Below are positions 57,101 to 64,000 of a stretch of 64,000 nucleotides of DNA, in pieces (the stretch's first letter is position 1; the number at the start of each line of letters is the position of its first letter). This stretch comes from Bacteroidales bacterium (GTDB lineage Bacteria > Bacteroidota > Bacteroidia > Bacteroidales > UBA7960), in assembly GCA_046291875.1 (NCBI GenBank), contig JBKBSF010000014.1:4569-68568 (forward strand). The letters are read 5' to 3'. The notes beneath the pieces were generated by a model. The model had not been told where the DNA came from. It did no database searches and saw only the letters and a program-made list of their open reading frames with translations. Made by a program: the position numbers and the translations under genes.

Positions 57101-59646
57101 TTATCCGGAAACTGATCCAGGAAAACCCCCAGGTAAGGGAAAGGTATATTACCCGCTACATCGATCTGCTCAACACCCACTTCAGCTATGATAATGCGGT
57201 GGCAGTGCTCGACAGTATGGTAAACAATATTGCTCCCGAGATGCCCCGGCAAATCCAGCGCTGGGGGGGCAATATGCAAACCTGGCAAAACAATGTGCAG
57301 AACATCCGCAATTTCCTGCAGGCTCGCACCCAATACCTGGTAAACGGGTTGAAGGATTGCTACAACCTTACCGGCCCCTATGCCACGCAAATCAGCGTAT
57401 ACCCGCAGCAGGCAGGTACCGTAAGGATGAATTCTGTGCAACTTTCTGATTTCCCATTTCAGGCTTCACTGTATGGCAATATCACCACTAAGCTGGAGGC
57501 ACAGGCCGCCACAGGCTTTATCTTCAGCCACTGGGAGATCAATGGCAGCATACAAACCCCGCTGCCATCCGGAAGAACCATTGACTTGCTGCTTACACAG
57601 GCCGGTAGTATCACAGCCCACTTTGTTCCATTTCCCGGAGATGATTTCGAGCTGATCCATTACTGGCATTTCAATAACCTTCCTGAAGGAGAACTTACCC
57701 AGGTACACGCTGATTTTTCCATTGCAGGTATGCCCGGCACACTTTCCTATCCCGGCAGCGGAACTGGTTTTATGGATATTCGTACCCACAGAGATGAAGA
57801 TCCGGTTTCGGATTTCAACCTGCGAATGGGGCAGCAACCTGCCCAGGGAGCCGTGCTAAGGGCACGCAACCCTGCACATACCCGTGAGTTGCTCTTCAAA
57901 GCACCCTCAACGGGCTATGCCAGTCTGGTAGTAAGCTATGCGGCCACACGCACCAGCAGTGGTGCACAGAAACAGCGGTTCCAGTATTCGCCCGATGCAG
58001 GCAACACCTGGATTACCTTTGGGGCCGATATGGACATCCCCTTTATTGGAGAGTACGGTGTCGACCCCGAAGTGGGGATTTATGCCCACATTACCCTGGA
58101 TCTGTCGGAAATTGAAGCCATAAACAACAATCCTGATCTCAGATTCCGCATACTGGCCCTACCCCCGGGCAATGATAACACCAGTGGCAACCAGCGAATT
58201 GACAATTTCACTGTAGATGGCATACCCATGGGCGGAGAGGCTGTGCAACTGGCATTCTCACTGATCAACGACAACCTGCCCGTTTACACAATGGAGCCCT
58301 TTGATCTGTGGGTGATGGCTCAAGACGAAAACGGGCTCCCGGCACAGGCCCAACAGGACTATGCTGTATCTCTTAGCCTTGAAAATGGCAGTGGAAATCT
58401 CTCGGGGGTTCTGACGGCAATACTGGAGCAAGGTAATGCTTCGGTGCTGTTCGAAGGCATCACCTACAACACTGCAGAAACAGGTGTGGTGCTCAGGGCA
58501 GAGGCAGCAGGTCTTTCTCCGGCAATCTCCAACCCCTTCGATGTAACTACCCGAACCTGGCTGCTCGAGGTTACCCTCAATATACCAGACGCCGGAACCA
58601 TACCTGGCACCGGAGCCTATGCACAGGGAACTGAAGTAACCCTCGAAGCCATCCCCAATCCGGGATACACCTTCCTGCACTGGTCTTTTCAGTCCAGCAT
58701 ACTAAGTACCGATCTGGTATATACATTCATGATGCCTGCATCAGACCTTACTTTACAGGCTCATTTCACCGAAACCCTGCCCGACAATTACCAGCTGGTG
58801 CATTACTGGCATTTCAACACCCTTACCAACAGTGCTGTAAGCCAGGTGCAATCTGACTTTTCGGCCCAGGGACTCTCTGCCCTGATCACTTACCCCGGCA
58901 CTGGCGAAGGCTTTATGGACGGACGTACACACCGCGATGCCGACCCCGTATCTGACTACAACCTGCGGTTGGGGCAGGCACCGGCACAAGGGGCAGTGCT
59001 GAGGTTCAGAAATCCGGCACATACACGCGAATTGCGATTCCAGATCCCCTCCACAGGTTACAAAGACCTGATGGTAAAATATGCCACAACACGCACTTCC
59101 AATGGGGCTCAGCAGCAGCAGTTTCAATACTCACCCGATGGGGGCACCAGCTGGTTCAACCATGGAGATGTGCTGGAGGTACCTTTCATTGGTGAATTGG
59201 GAGTGGATCCTGAGGTTGGGGTATATGCTTTTGTCTCCCTTGATTTTTCAGGTATTGAAGAGGTAAACAACAACCCCGATCTGTATTTCCGGATACTCTC
59301 AACCGGCCCTGGCAGCGACAACAGCAGTGGTAACCAACGCATTGATAACTTCAGTGTTGATGGGATTCCTCTGAGTGGTGTATCAACCGACCCCATCCCT
59401 TTGCCCGAAGGAAAAATGACACTCAGCCCCAACCCTGCCCACAGCCATGTTACACTCCAGTTGCCTGAGGCTGTGCAGACCTGGATCCGGATTGTGGATA
59501 TCAACGGGCATGAGCTGCATCGATTCTTAATGACCGAAACAAGTTACCAGCTCGATGTTTCAGGGTTGGCCCCCGGTATGTACATTATACAGGCGCTGGG
59601 TGCAAATACAGGTCATTCATGGAATGCCAGGCTTATTATCCGGTAG
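54184..59646 (+). CDS. Giant (1820 aa) secreted CotH-kinase-family protein with a lamin-tail domain (LTD), chitobiase/hexosaminidase-C-like and List-Bact repeat domains, and a T9SS C-terminal sorting domain
   Basis: Signal peptide; LTD (…RTEDWIELFNADTENYFNLEGYYLSND…GGKVLVY); CotH region (…YPQRGVDFISRDDYGYQRRLEYPFF…VIVYLNGQYWGVYDLRERVDDNNF…); C-terminal …LSPNPAHSHVTLQLPEAVQTWIRIVDINGHELHRF…GMYIIQA… T9SS sorting domain. Confidence 0.75.
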   Translation: MTRSSFVLAFALLLSTFSWGQDFAKIPATHQSHPELGTTRPASVISLLAYELVHLRTTHSRTFLNANKTRTLVYSTAPLHYLDDNGFYISLQNRLTAREPGQYQMPDMNPVHHFNELTGRTGFSHAGATMHIEPQKVTFGSSEQTQTQVATHQSRTREVSASLINTREIFPGIDMRQEFFDFAQKTHYILRHSSDILYWADHMVVENLITIPDNLRLVLVDEEQMEVVNSEGDPVFRFHPAVVTDQTPIAAKFSHQRPHSMVQYELEQNTPGQYIWRMVVDAQWLRAPERVFPVIVDPVISIVNNEVVPSCVFPNYQSNTLQINVPQGETILWTDITYDFVAVSGSSAWISDQRSYVSGSAGETAVLSESIDTPGTHTYIINNSHIANGVSPGQIELTFHASRNWGGSGCNASFNFINRRTVEVHYGTIEFGDGPLYINEYSASNRTHYDGFGRTEDWIELFNADTENYFNLEGYYLSNDPDDPLKWQIPAAIIPPGGKVLVYCSNRDFASGTVLHANFNLTQLRPDAIVLSNPQGELMESVQMERTQINHSRGRITDGSPQWGIFTHPTPLQPNAQARLAYTSTPAFSLPAGSYSGTVQVEITSENPNEIIRYTLNGSTPNTSSPIYTAPISLTSTTVLRARAFHNNPDTIPGFIETATYFFDENHQLPIFSFAGDTDLLQLFNGNNSLRPLGNFEFFDQEGVFQDKNFGDFNKHGNDSWSYPQRGVDFISRDDYGYQRRLEYPFFATKDRTRFRRLMVKAAANDNYPFENGGAHIRDSYIQTLSQLAGLDLDERSSTNVIVYLNGQYWGVYDLRERVDDNNFTDHYYGQDYLYRDSDNYLQFIKTWGNTYAHFGNQPAIQAWSHLKSYVASNNMGEKAHFDYVDSQLNIQSLIDYFVLNSFVVSRDWLNYNTGWWRGRNPEGQAQQWRYYVWDMEAAMGHFHNYTGLPNATATAPPCQAENLNVGDGHTQIIRKLIQENPQVRERYITRYIDLLNTHFSYDNAVAVLDSMVNNIAPEMPRQIQRWGGNMQTWQNNVQNIRNFLQARTQYLVNGLKDCYNLTGPYATQISVYPQQAGTVRMNSVQLSDFPFQASLYGNITTKLEAQAATGFIFSHWEINGSIQTPLPSGRTIDLLLTQAGSITAHFVPFPGDDFELIHYWHFNNLPEGELTQVHADFSIAGMPGTLSYPGSGTGFMDIRTHRDEDPVSDFNLRMGQQPAQGAVLRARNPAHTRELLFKAPSTGYASLVVSYAATRTSSGAQKQRFQYSPDAGNTWITFGADMDIPFIGEYGVDPEVGIYAHITLDLSEIEAINNNPDLRFRILALPPGNDNTSGNQRIDNFTVDGIPMGGEAVQLAFSLINDNLPVYTMEPFDLWVMAQDENGLPAQAQQDYAVSLSLENGSGNLSGVLTAILEQGNASVLFEGITYNTAETGVVLRAEAAGLSPAISNPFDVTTRTWLLEVTLNIPDAGTIPGTGAYAQGTEVTLEAIPNPGYTFLHWSFQSSILSTDLVYTFMMPASDLTLQAHFTETLPDNYQLVHYWHFNTLTNSAVSQVQSDFSAQGLSALITYPGTGEGFMDGRTHRDADPVSDYNLRLGQAPAQGAVLRFRNPAHTRELRFQIPSTGYKDLMVKYATTRTSNGAQQQQFQYSPDGGTSWFNHGDVLEVPFIGELGVDPEVGVYAFVSLDFSGIEEVNNNPDLYFRILSTGPGSDNSSGNQRIDNFSVDGIPLSGVSTDPIPLPEGKMTLSPNPAHSHVTLQLPEAVQTWIRIVDINGHELHRFLMTETSYQLDVSGLAPGMYIIQALGANTGHSWNARLIIR
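57644..58236 (+). repeat. Intragenic tandem-duplicated module, copy 1 (~198 aa: DFELIHYWHFNNLPEGELTQVHADFSIAGMPGTLSYPGSGTGFMDIRTHRDEDPVSDFNLRMGQQPAQGAVLRARNPAHTREL…NQRIDNFTVDGIPMGG)
   Basis: Protein-level identity of about 65-70% with copy 2; each copy is preceded by a List-Bact-type repeat. Confidence 0.7.
58783..59380 (+). repeat. Intragenic tandem-duplicated module, copy 2 (DNYQLVHYWHFNTLTNSAVSQVQSDFSAQGLSALITYPGTGEGFMDGRTHRDADPVSDYNLRLGQAPAQGAVLRFRNPAHTREL…NQRIDNFSVDGIPLSG)
   Basis: See copy 1. Confidence 0.7.
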
Positions 59647-59700
59647 AATAAACGAAAGTATCCCGGTTCGAAAAACCAGAGGCTGAGGAAAGAGAAAATG

Positions 59701-59746
59701 CCGAAGCGGTACCCGATCTTCCATCGGATACCGCTTCGGTTTTCTT
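59701..59746. terminator. Bidirectional rho-independent terminator between the convergent CotH-family and TolC-family genes
   Basis: 11-bp perfect stem ccgaagcggta / taccgcttcgg with an internal sub-stem, followed by TTTTCTT. Confidence 0.75.
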
Positions 59747-59793
59747 ACGCGCAAGAAATTAATCCAGAGAGTCTCATTGGGAGAGACCTTGGA

Positions 59794-61113
59794 TTACAAT
59801 TGCTCCAGTATCCTTCCGGAGAGTTGCAACAGGCTGATCTCAGCCATTTTGGCCTGGTATTGTATGGAGAGTAATCTTTCTTCTGCTTCCAGCAGGTTTT
59901 TCTGCACTTCGCGCAACTCAAAACCTGAGAGAGCTCCCAGCCTGTAGCGATCGAAGGCGATATCCAGGTTTTCACGGGCTACTTCCAGGTTTTGGGTTTC
60001 CAACCCCAAAAGACGCATATTATTGGTGTAGGCATTGAAAAGGGTAAGCAGATCTGCATGGATTTCCTGCCTCATTCGCTCCAGGGCCAGCTCCTGATTT
60101 TCGAGCTGTATACGAGCGTTGCTTTGCTGTCGTTGTAAATTGCGCCCATCATAGAGGTTAATCCCAACGGTAAGGCCATAATTCATCCCCCAGGTTTGTT
60201 GCTGGCTGATGGCTCCGCTTTGCGAATTGCTCAGGGTGTAGCCATAGCCCGAGGTAAGGTTCAGGTAGGGCAATCGCCTGGAGCGGATCATCTCAAGGTC
60301 GTAGGCAGAGATGATACGGTTTTGCAAGGCCATGTTGATGGCGGTATTCTGCGATGCTACATCCTCACGCAGCACATCGAACTGCAATCCGGGATTGACC
60401 AGGATTAGTGTATCGGCGGGTACCAGCCCTGCATTAAGATCCTCTGCGGCTACCAGCTCAGCCAGGCGTATCCTGGAGGCACTTAGCACTTCGTATTGTC
60501 TTTCCAGCCGCGAGCTGTCGGCATTGAGATTTACCTGGGCCTGAAGCAGGCGTACTTTCGAGCCCGAGCCCAGCAGAAAATGTTCCTGTTCTATCCGTAC
60601 CCGCTCTTTGGAAAGGTCTACAGCATATTGCAGATTGGAAAACAACCTTTGCTGCTGCACATAAAAATAGTATTCGGCTGCCACCCGGGCAACCAGGTTT
60701 TCCAAAGCCATCCGGGTGTTGAGCTCCGAAAGACTTCTCAGCTCATCCAGCTGACGATAGCGGATCTGTGCCCTGAATCCGTCAAACAACATCCAGCTGC
60801 CCTGCAAGGTAGCATTGAACGCAGTGTTGTGAATATTGCGCAAGGCGTTCTCACTGCCATCGCGCAGTACCTGGTCGGTATTATTGAGATTGCCCGAAAA
60901 CTGCGACCTTACATCCAGAGAGGGCAGCATACCCGCATTGCCCAATGAAACATTGTTGACTGAGATCTGTTGCTGATTGCGTACAATGCGCAGAGAATAG
61001 TTGTTCTCAAGGGCCAGATCAACAACCTGCTCAAGGCTCATGGGCAATTGGGCCTTAAGGGGAACAGCAACACACAATAGTATACTAACGAACAGCAGGG
61101 GCAGTTTCTTCAT
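59794..61113 (-). CDS. TolC-family outer-membrane efflux protein
   Basis: Signal peptide MKKLPLLFVSILLCVAVPLKAQ, two OEP repeats, the typical …LENNYSLRIVRNQQ… start; overlaps the end of the upstream RND pump gene by about 29 bp. Confidence 0.85.
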   Translation of the reverse strand: MKKLPLLFVSILLCVAVPLKAQLPMSLEQVVDLALENNYSLRIVRNQQQISVNNVSLGNAGMLPSLDVRSQFSGNLNNTDQVLRDGSENALRNIHNTAFNATLQGSWMLFDGFRAQIRYRQLDELRSLSELNTRMALENLVARVAAEYYFYVQQQRLFSNLQYAVDLSKERVRIEQEHFLLGSGSKVRLLQAQVNLNADSSRLERQYEVLSASRIRLAELVAAEDLNAGLVPADTLILVNPGLQFDVLREDVASQNTAINMALQNRIISAYDLEMIRSRRLPYLNLTSGYGYTLSNSQSGAISQQQTWGMNYGLTVGINLYDGRNLQRQQSNARIQLENQELALERMRQEIHADLLTLFNAYTNNMRLLGLETQNLEVARENLDIAFDRYRLGALSGFELREVQKNLLEAEERLLSIQYQAKMAEISLLQLSGRILEQL

Positions 61114-64000
61114 CTTCAACATTCTTTTTGGCACTGGAAACATATGAATAAATGGCGGGTACCACATACAGGGTAAGGAAAGTAGAAATGATAAGTCCAC
61201 CTATCACGGCAACCCCCATGGAAATTCTCCCCTGGGCACCCTGCCCTATTCCCAGGGTAAGAGGAAACACTCCCAGGATGGTTGAAAGGCTTGTCATGAG
61301 GATGGGGCGGAAGCGCTGTGCCGCCGCATACTTTATGGCTTCAATTTTTTCCATACCTTGTTGTTTGCGCTGGTTGGCAAATTCCACCATGAGGATTCCG
61401 TTTTTCGACACCAGCCCTATGAGCATGATAATTCCGATCTGGCTGAAAATATTCATGGTAACATCAAAATACCACATAAAGAAAAATGCGCCGGTAAGAG
61501 CCAGAGGTACCGTACCCATCACGATAAACGGATCGCGGAAGCTCTCAAACTGAGCCGAAAGCACCAGAAATATCAGCAGCAATGCGAGCCCAAAGGCAAA
61601 CAGCAGGCTGGTTGCACTCTCCTGGAAATCGCGTGAGTCTCCTGTTAGGGCAGTACGGAAGGTTTCGTCCAGTTGTTCATCGGCAATACGGTTCATCTCG
61701 GCAATACCTTCTCCGATGGTGTAGCCGGGAGCCAGGCCTGAAGAAACCGTTGCCGACACAAAACGGTTGTAGCGAAACAATTGTGGCGGTGCGGTTTGCT
61801 CCTGCAAGGAAACCAGATTGTCGAGCTGGATCATATCTCCATGATTGTTTCGAACATACAGCGATTTCAGATCCAGGGGTTTGTTGCGGTTTTCGCGGGC
61901 CAGCTCTCCCAGTATCTGGTACTGCTTGCCATGCATAAAGAAGTAGCCAAACCTTTGCCCGGAGAGTGCCAGCTGAAGTGTCTGCCCGATATTCTGGGTA
62001 GATACACCCATGAGGTTGGCTTTGTCGCGATTGATGGAAACCTGCAGTTCAGGTTTGGTGAAACGCAGGTTCACGTTGGCCATCTGCAGCACTTCGCTCT
62101 GATCTACCGCTTCCATAAAGGAAGGAAGCACTTCGCGCAGCTTGTCGATGCTCTGGGCCTGCAGCACATATTGCACAGGCATGCCTGAACGACGGCCACC
62201 AAAGGTGGATTGTTGAATTACAAAGGCTCTTGCACGGGTCATGGTTCTTACCCTTGCTGAGAGGTAATCGGCAATTTCCTGCTGGCTGCGGCTACGCTGC
62301 GAAGGAGGCACAAGAATTACACGCACATTGGCCCACGATCCGAATACCATGTAGATCACCCCTTCCGCCTCGGGCACCTCATCCATTACCATTTGTGCCA
62401 CCTCAAAAATGTAATCGCGGGTAAACTCATAGGTTGCCCCCTCTGGGGTCTGGGCATTGATGGTGATCTGTGAGCGGTCTTCCGTTGGAGCCAACTCTCC
62501 AGGAATGTTCAGATACAATAGTATGATTATTCCTATTGCACCGAGAAGAATCAGGATACTCGCCCACCTTACGGCCATAAATCGCTCCAGCGAATTGCGG
62601 TAGGCATCGTTGAGCGCTTTGAAAAAACCTTCTGTCTTGTGGTACAAGGCTCCCCGGGTTTTGCGTTGTTTCAGGATCTTGGTGGAGAGCATGGGGGTAA
62701 AGGTAAGAGCAACAAAGGAGCTGATGGCTACCGCCCCGGCTATCACGATACTGAATTCGCGAAACAACCGCCCTGTCATCCCTTCCAGGAAAACAATGGG
62801 TATAAATACCGCCACCAGGGTAATGGTGGTGGCAATGATGGCAAAAAAGATCTCCTGAGCACCCTTTAAACCTGCCTGGCGCGGGGTCATCCCCTGCTCA
62901 ATCTTCACATAGATATTCTCCATCATCACAATGGCATCGTCAACCACCAGGCCGATGGCAAGCACGATGGCAAGCAGGGTAAGTACATTGATAGTAAATC
63001 CTGCCAGGTACATGATAAAGAACGCTCCCACCAACGAAACCGGTATCACCAGGATGGGAATGAGCGTGGTGCGCCAGTCGCGCAGGAAGAAGAAAATGAT
63101 CACTACCACAAGGATGAAGGCAATAAATATGGTATTGCGCACTTCTGCTATGGAAGACCTGATATACTGCGTGTTGTCGAATCCCACCTGGTAGAACACA
63201 TCGTCGGGCAGGTCGCGCTGGATATGCTCCAGTCGGCGGTACACCTCATCGGCTATTTCGATATGATTGGAACCGGGCTGAGGAATGATAGCCACACCCA
63301 GCATAGGAATACCATCGCGCATAAGGATGCTTCGCAGGTCTTCAGACCCCAGCTCCGCCCTGCCGATATCCATAAACCGCACCACCTGATCGCCCTCCTG
63401 GCGTATGATAAGGTTATTGAATTCGTCGGGTGTGGTAAGCAACCCCAGCGTACGGATGGTAAGCTCTGTAGTTGCCCCTTCGATACTACCCGAGGGAAGC
63501 TCAACGTTTTCGCGGGCTATGGCGTTGCGCACATCCAGTGGGGTAAGGTTGTACCCGGCAAGTTTGGCCGGATCCATCCAAAGGCGCATACTCCAACGGC
63601 GCTGCCCCCAGATGGGCACGGCACTCACCCCATCGATGGTTTGCAATCTCTCGCGAAAGGTTAGTTCGGCAATCTCTGAAAGTTCCATCAGGGAGCGCCG
63701 GTCGCTCTGGATATTGATAAACATAATGGGGCTTGCATCGGCATCTGCTTTTGAAACCACAGGCGGATCCACATCGCGTGGCAGCAGGCGCTGGGCCTGG
63801 GCCACCTTGTCGCGAACATCGTTGGCAGCGGTTTCCATATCCACACTCAACTCAAACTCAACGGTAATGTTGCTGCCTCCCTGGCGGCTAACACTGGTAA
63901 TGGAACGAATACCCGGCACAGCATTGATGGCCTGCTCAAGGGGTTCGGTAATCTGGGCGTCTACAACATCGGAATTAGCTCCCGGGTAGGAGGTTCGTAC
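61085..64000 (-). CDS. RND efflux transporter permease (AcrB/HAE1 family); 5' end lies beyond the window end
   Basis: …NITVEFELSVDMETAANDVRDKV…, multiple TM blocks, C-terminal …VVPAIYSYV…; the reading frame stays open to nt 64000 (…VRTSYPGANSDVVDAQITEPLEQAIN…). Confidence 0.9.
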   Translation of the reverse strand, partial: VRTSYPGANSDVVDAQITEPLEQAINAVPGIRSITSVSRQGGSNITVEFELSVDMETAANDVRDKVAQAQRLLPRDVDPPVVSKADADASPIMFINIQSDRRSLMELSEIAELTFRERLQTIDGVSAVPIWGQRRWSMRLWMDPAKLAGYNLTPLDVRNAIARENVELPSGSIEGATTELTIRTLGLLTTPDEFNNLIIRQEGDQVVRFMDIGRAELGSEDLRSILMRDGIPMLGVAIIPQPGSNHIEIADEVYRRLEHIQRDLPDDVFYQVGFDNTQYIRSSIAEVRNTIFIAFILVVVIIFFFLRDWRTTLIPILVIPVSLVGAFFIMYLAGFTINVLTLLAIVLAIGLVVDDAIVMMENIYVKIEQGMTPRQAGLKGAQEIFFAIIATTITLVAVFIPIVFLEGMTGRLFREFSIVIAGAVAISSFVALTFTPMLSTKILKQRKTRGALYHKTEGFFKALNDAYRNSLERFMAVRWASILILLGAIGIIILLYLNIPGELAPTEDRSQITINAQTPEGATYEFTRDYIFEVAQMVMDEVPEAEGVIYMVFGSWANVRVILVPPSQRSRSQQEIADYLSARVRTMTRARAFVIQQSTFGGRRSGMPVQYVLQAQSIDKLREVLPSFMEAVDQSEVLQMANVNLRFTKPELQVSINRDKANLMGVSTQNIGQTLQLALSGQRFGYFFMHGKQYQILGELARENRNKPLDLKSLYVRNNHGDMIQLDNLVSLQEQTAPPQLFRYNRFVSATVSSGLAPGYTIGEGIAEMNRIADEQLDETFRTALTGDSRDFQESATSLLFAFGLALLLIFLVLSAQFESFRDPFIVMGTVPLALTGAFFFMWYFDVTMNIFSQIGIIMLIGLVSKNGILMVEFANQRKQQGMEKIEAIKYAAAQRFRPILMTSLSTILGVFPLTLGIGQGAQGRISMGVAVIGGLIISTFLTLYVVPAIYSYVSSAKKNVEDEETAPAVR

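Noticed and set aside
1-64000. Search for tRNA, rRNA, CRISPR repeats, IS transposases, integrases and phage genes
   Set aside because: I found no GTTCGAATC-type T-loop with cloverleaf context, no rRNA-like conserved blocks, no regularly spaced direct repeats, and no DDE transposase, tyrosine or serine recombinase among the ORFs. The only repeat structures are the 1144/2531 inverted pair and the intragenic CotH module duplication.

Overview
This window looks like a chromosomal segment from a Bacteroidetes-type genome. It has about 50% GC, genes tightly packed on both strands, a T9SS C-terminal sorting domain, LytTR and ECF regulators, and a Bacteroidetes-type TAnnTTTG promoter motif. I see no rRNA, tRNA, CRISPR array, transposase or integrase.

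Most of the window is ordinary chromosomal content; the features list gives the full gene order from 1 to 64000, start coordinates and terminators. In gene order:
- Housekeeping and transport: a partial Ldh_2 dehydrogenase, YfiH/PgeF, an OPT peptide transporter with peptidase T, an EamA transporter and PBP1A.
- Regulation and central metabolism: an ECF sigma / anti-sigma / LTXXQ operon, a split transketolase whose two halves are separated by a secreted VWA-domain gene, and type III glutamine synthetase.
- Envelope and lipid genes: a LolD-like ABC ATPase, a DUF5916 protein, an outer-membrane barrel, and an acyl-CoA dehydrogenase-EtfBA-FabI block.
- Conserved and sensing blocks: the recN-DUF4835-coaBC-rpoZ-like-bamD block, a LytTR two-component system with a LiaF-like toast-rack protein and a DUF2721 protein, a TonB-dependent receptor, an M20 amidohydrolase and alanine racemase.
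- Far end: a 1820-aa CotH/LTD surface protein with a T9SS sorting domain, then TolC and the start of an AcrB-type pump.

The part most likely to be new biology is a minus-strand operon at about 42.8-51.6 kb. It reads ybjN-like, pspA, nfeD/yqiJ-like, flotillin (SPFH) and then a 1613-aa protein carrying a MoxR/AAA_5-class ATPase module, with an XRE-family regulator transcribed divergently. This looks like a Psp/flotillin membrane-maintenance module with an uncharacterised giant ATPase attached.

Other observations worth a second look:
- A ~1.4-kb segment (1144-2531) bounded by ~100-bp imperfect inverted repeats, carrying two small membrane-protein ORFs and a GC-rich hairpin block.
- An orphan plus-strand terminator, and a candidate small RNA, in the 23.1-23.6 kb intergenic region.
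- Abutting Fic and pirin gene remnants at about 53.4-53.85 kb.
- A tandem duplication of an ~200-aa module inside the CotH gene.
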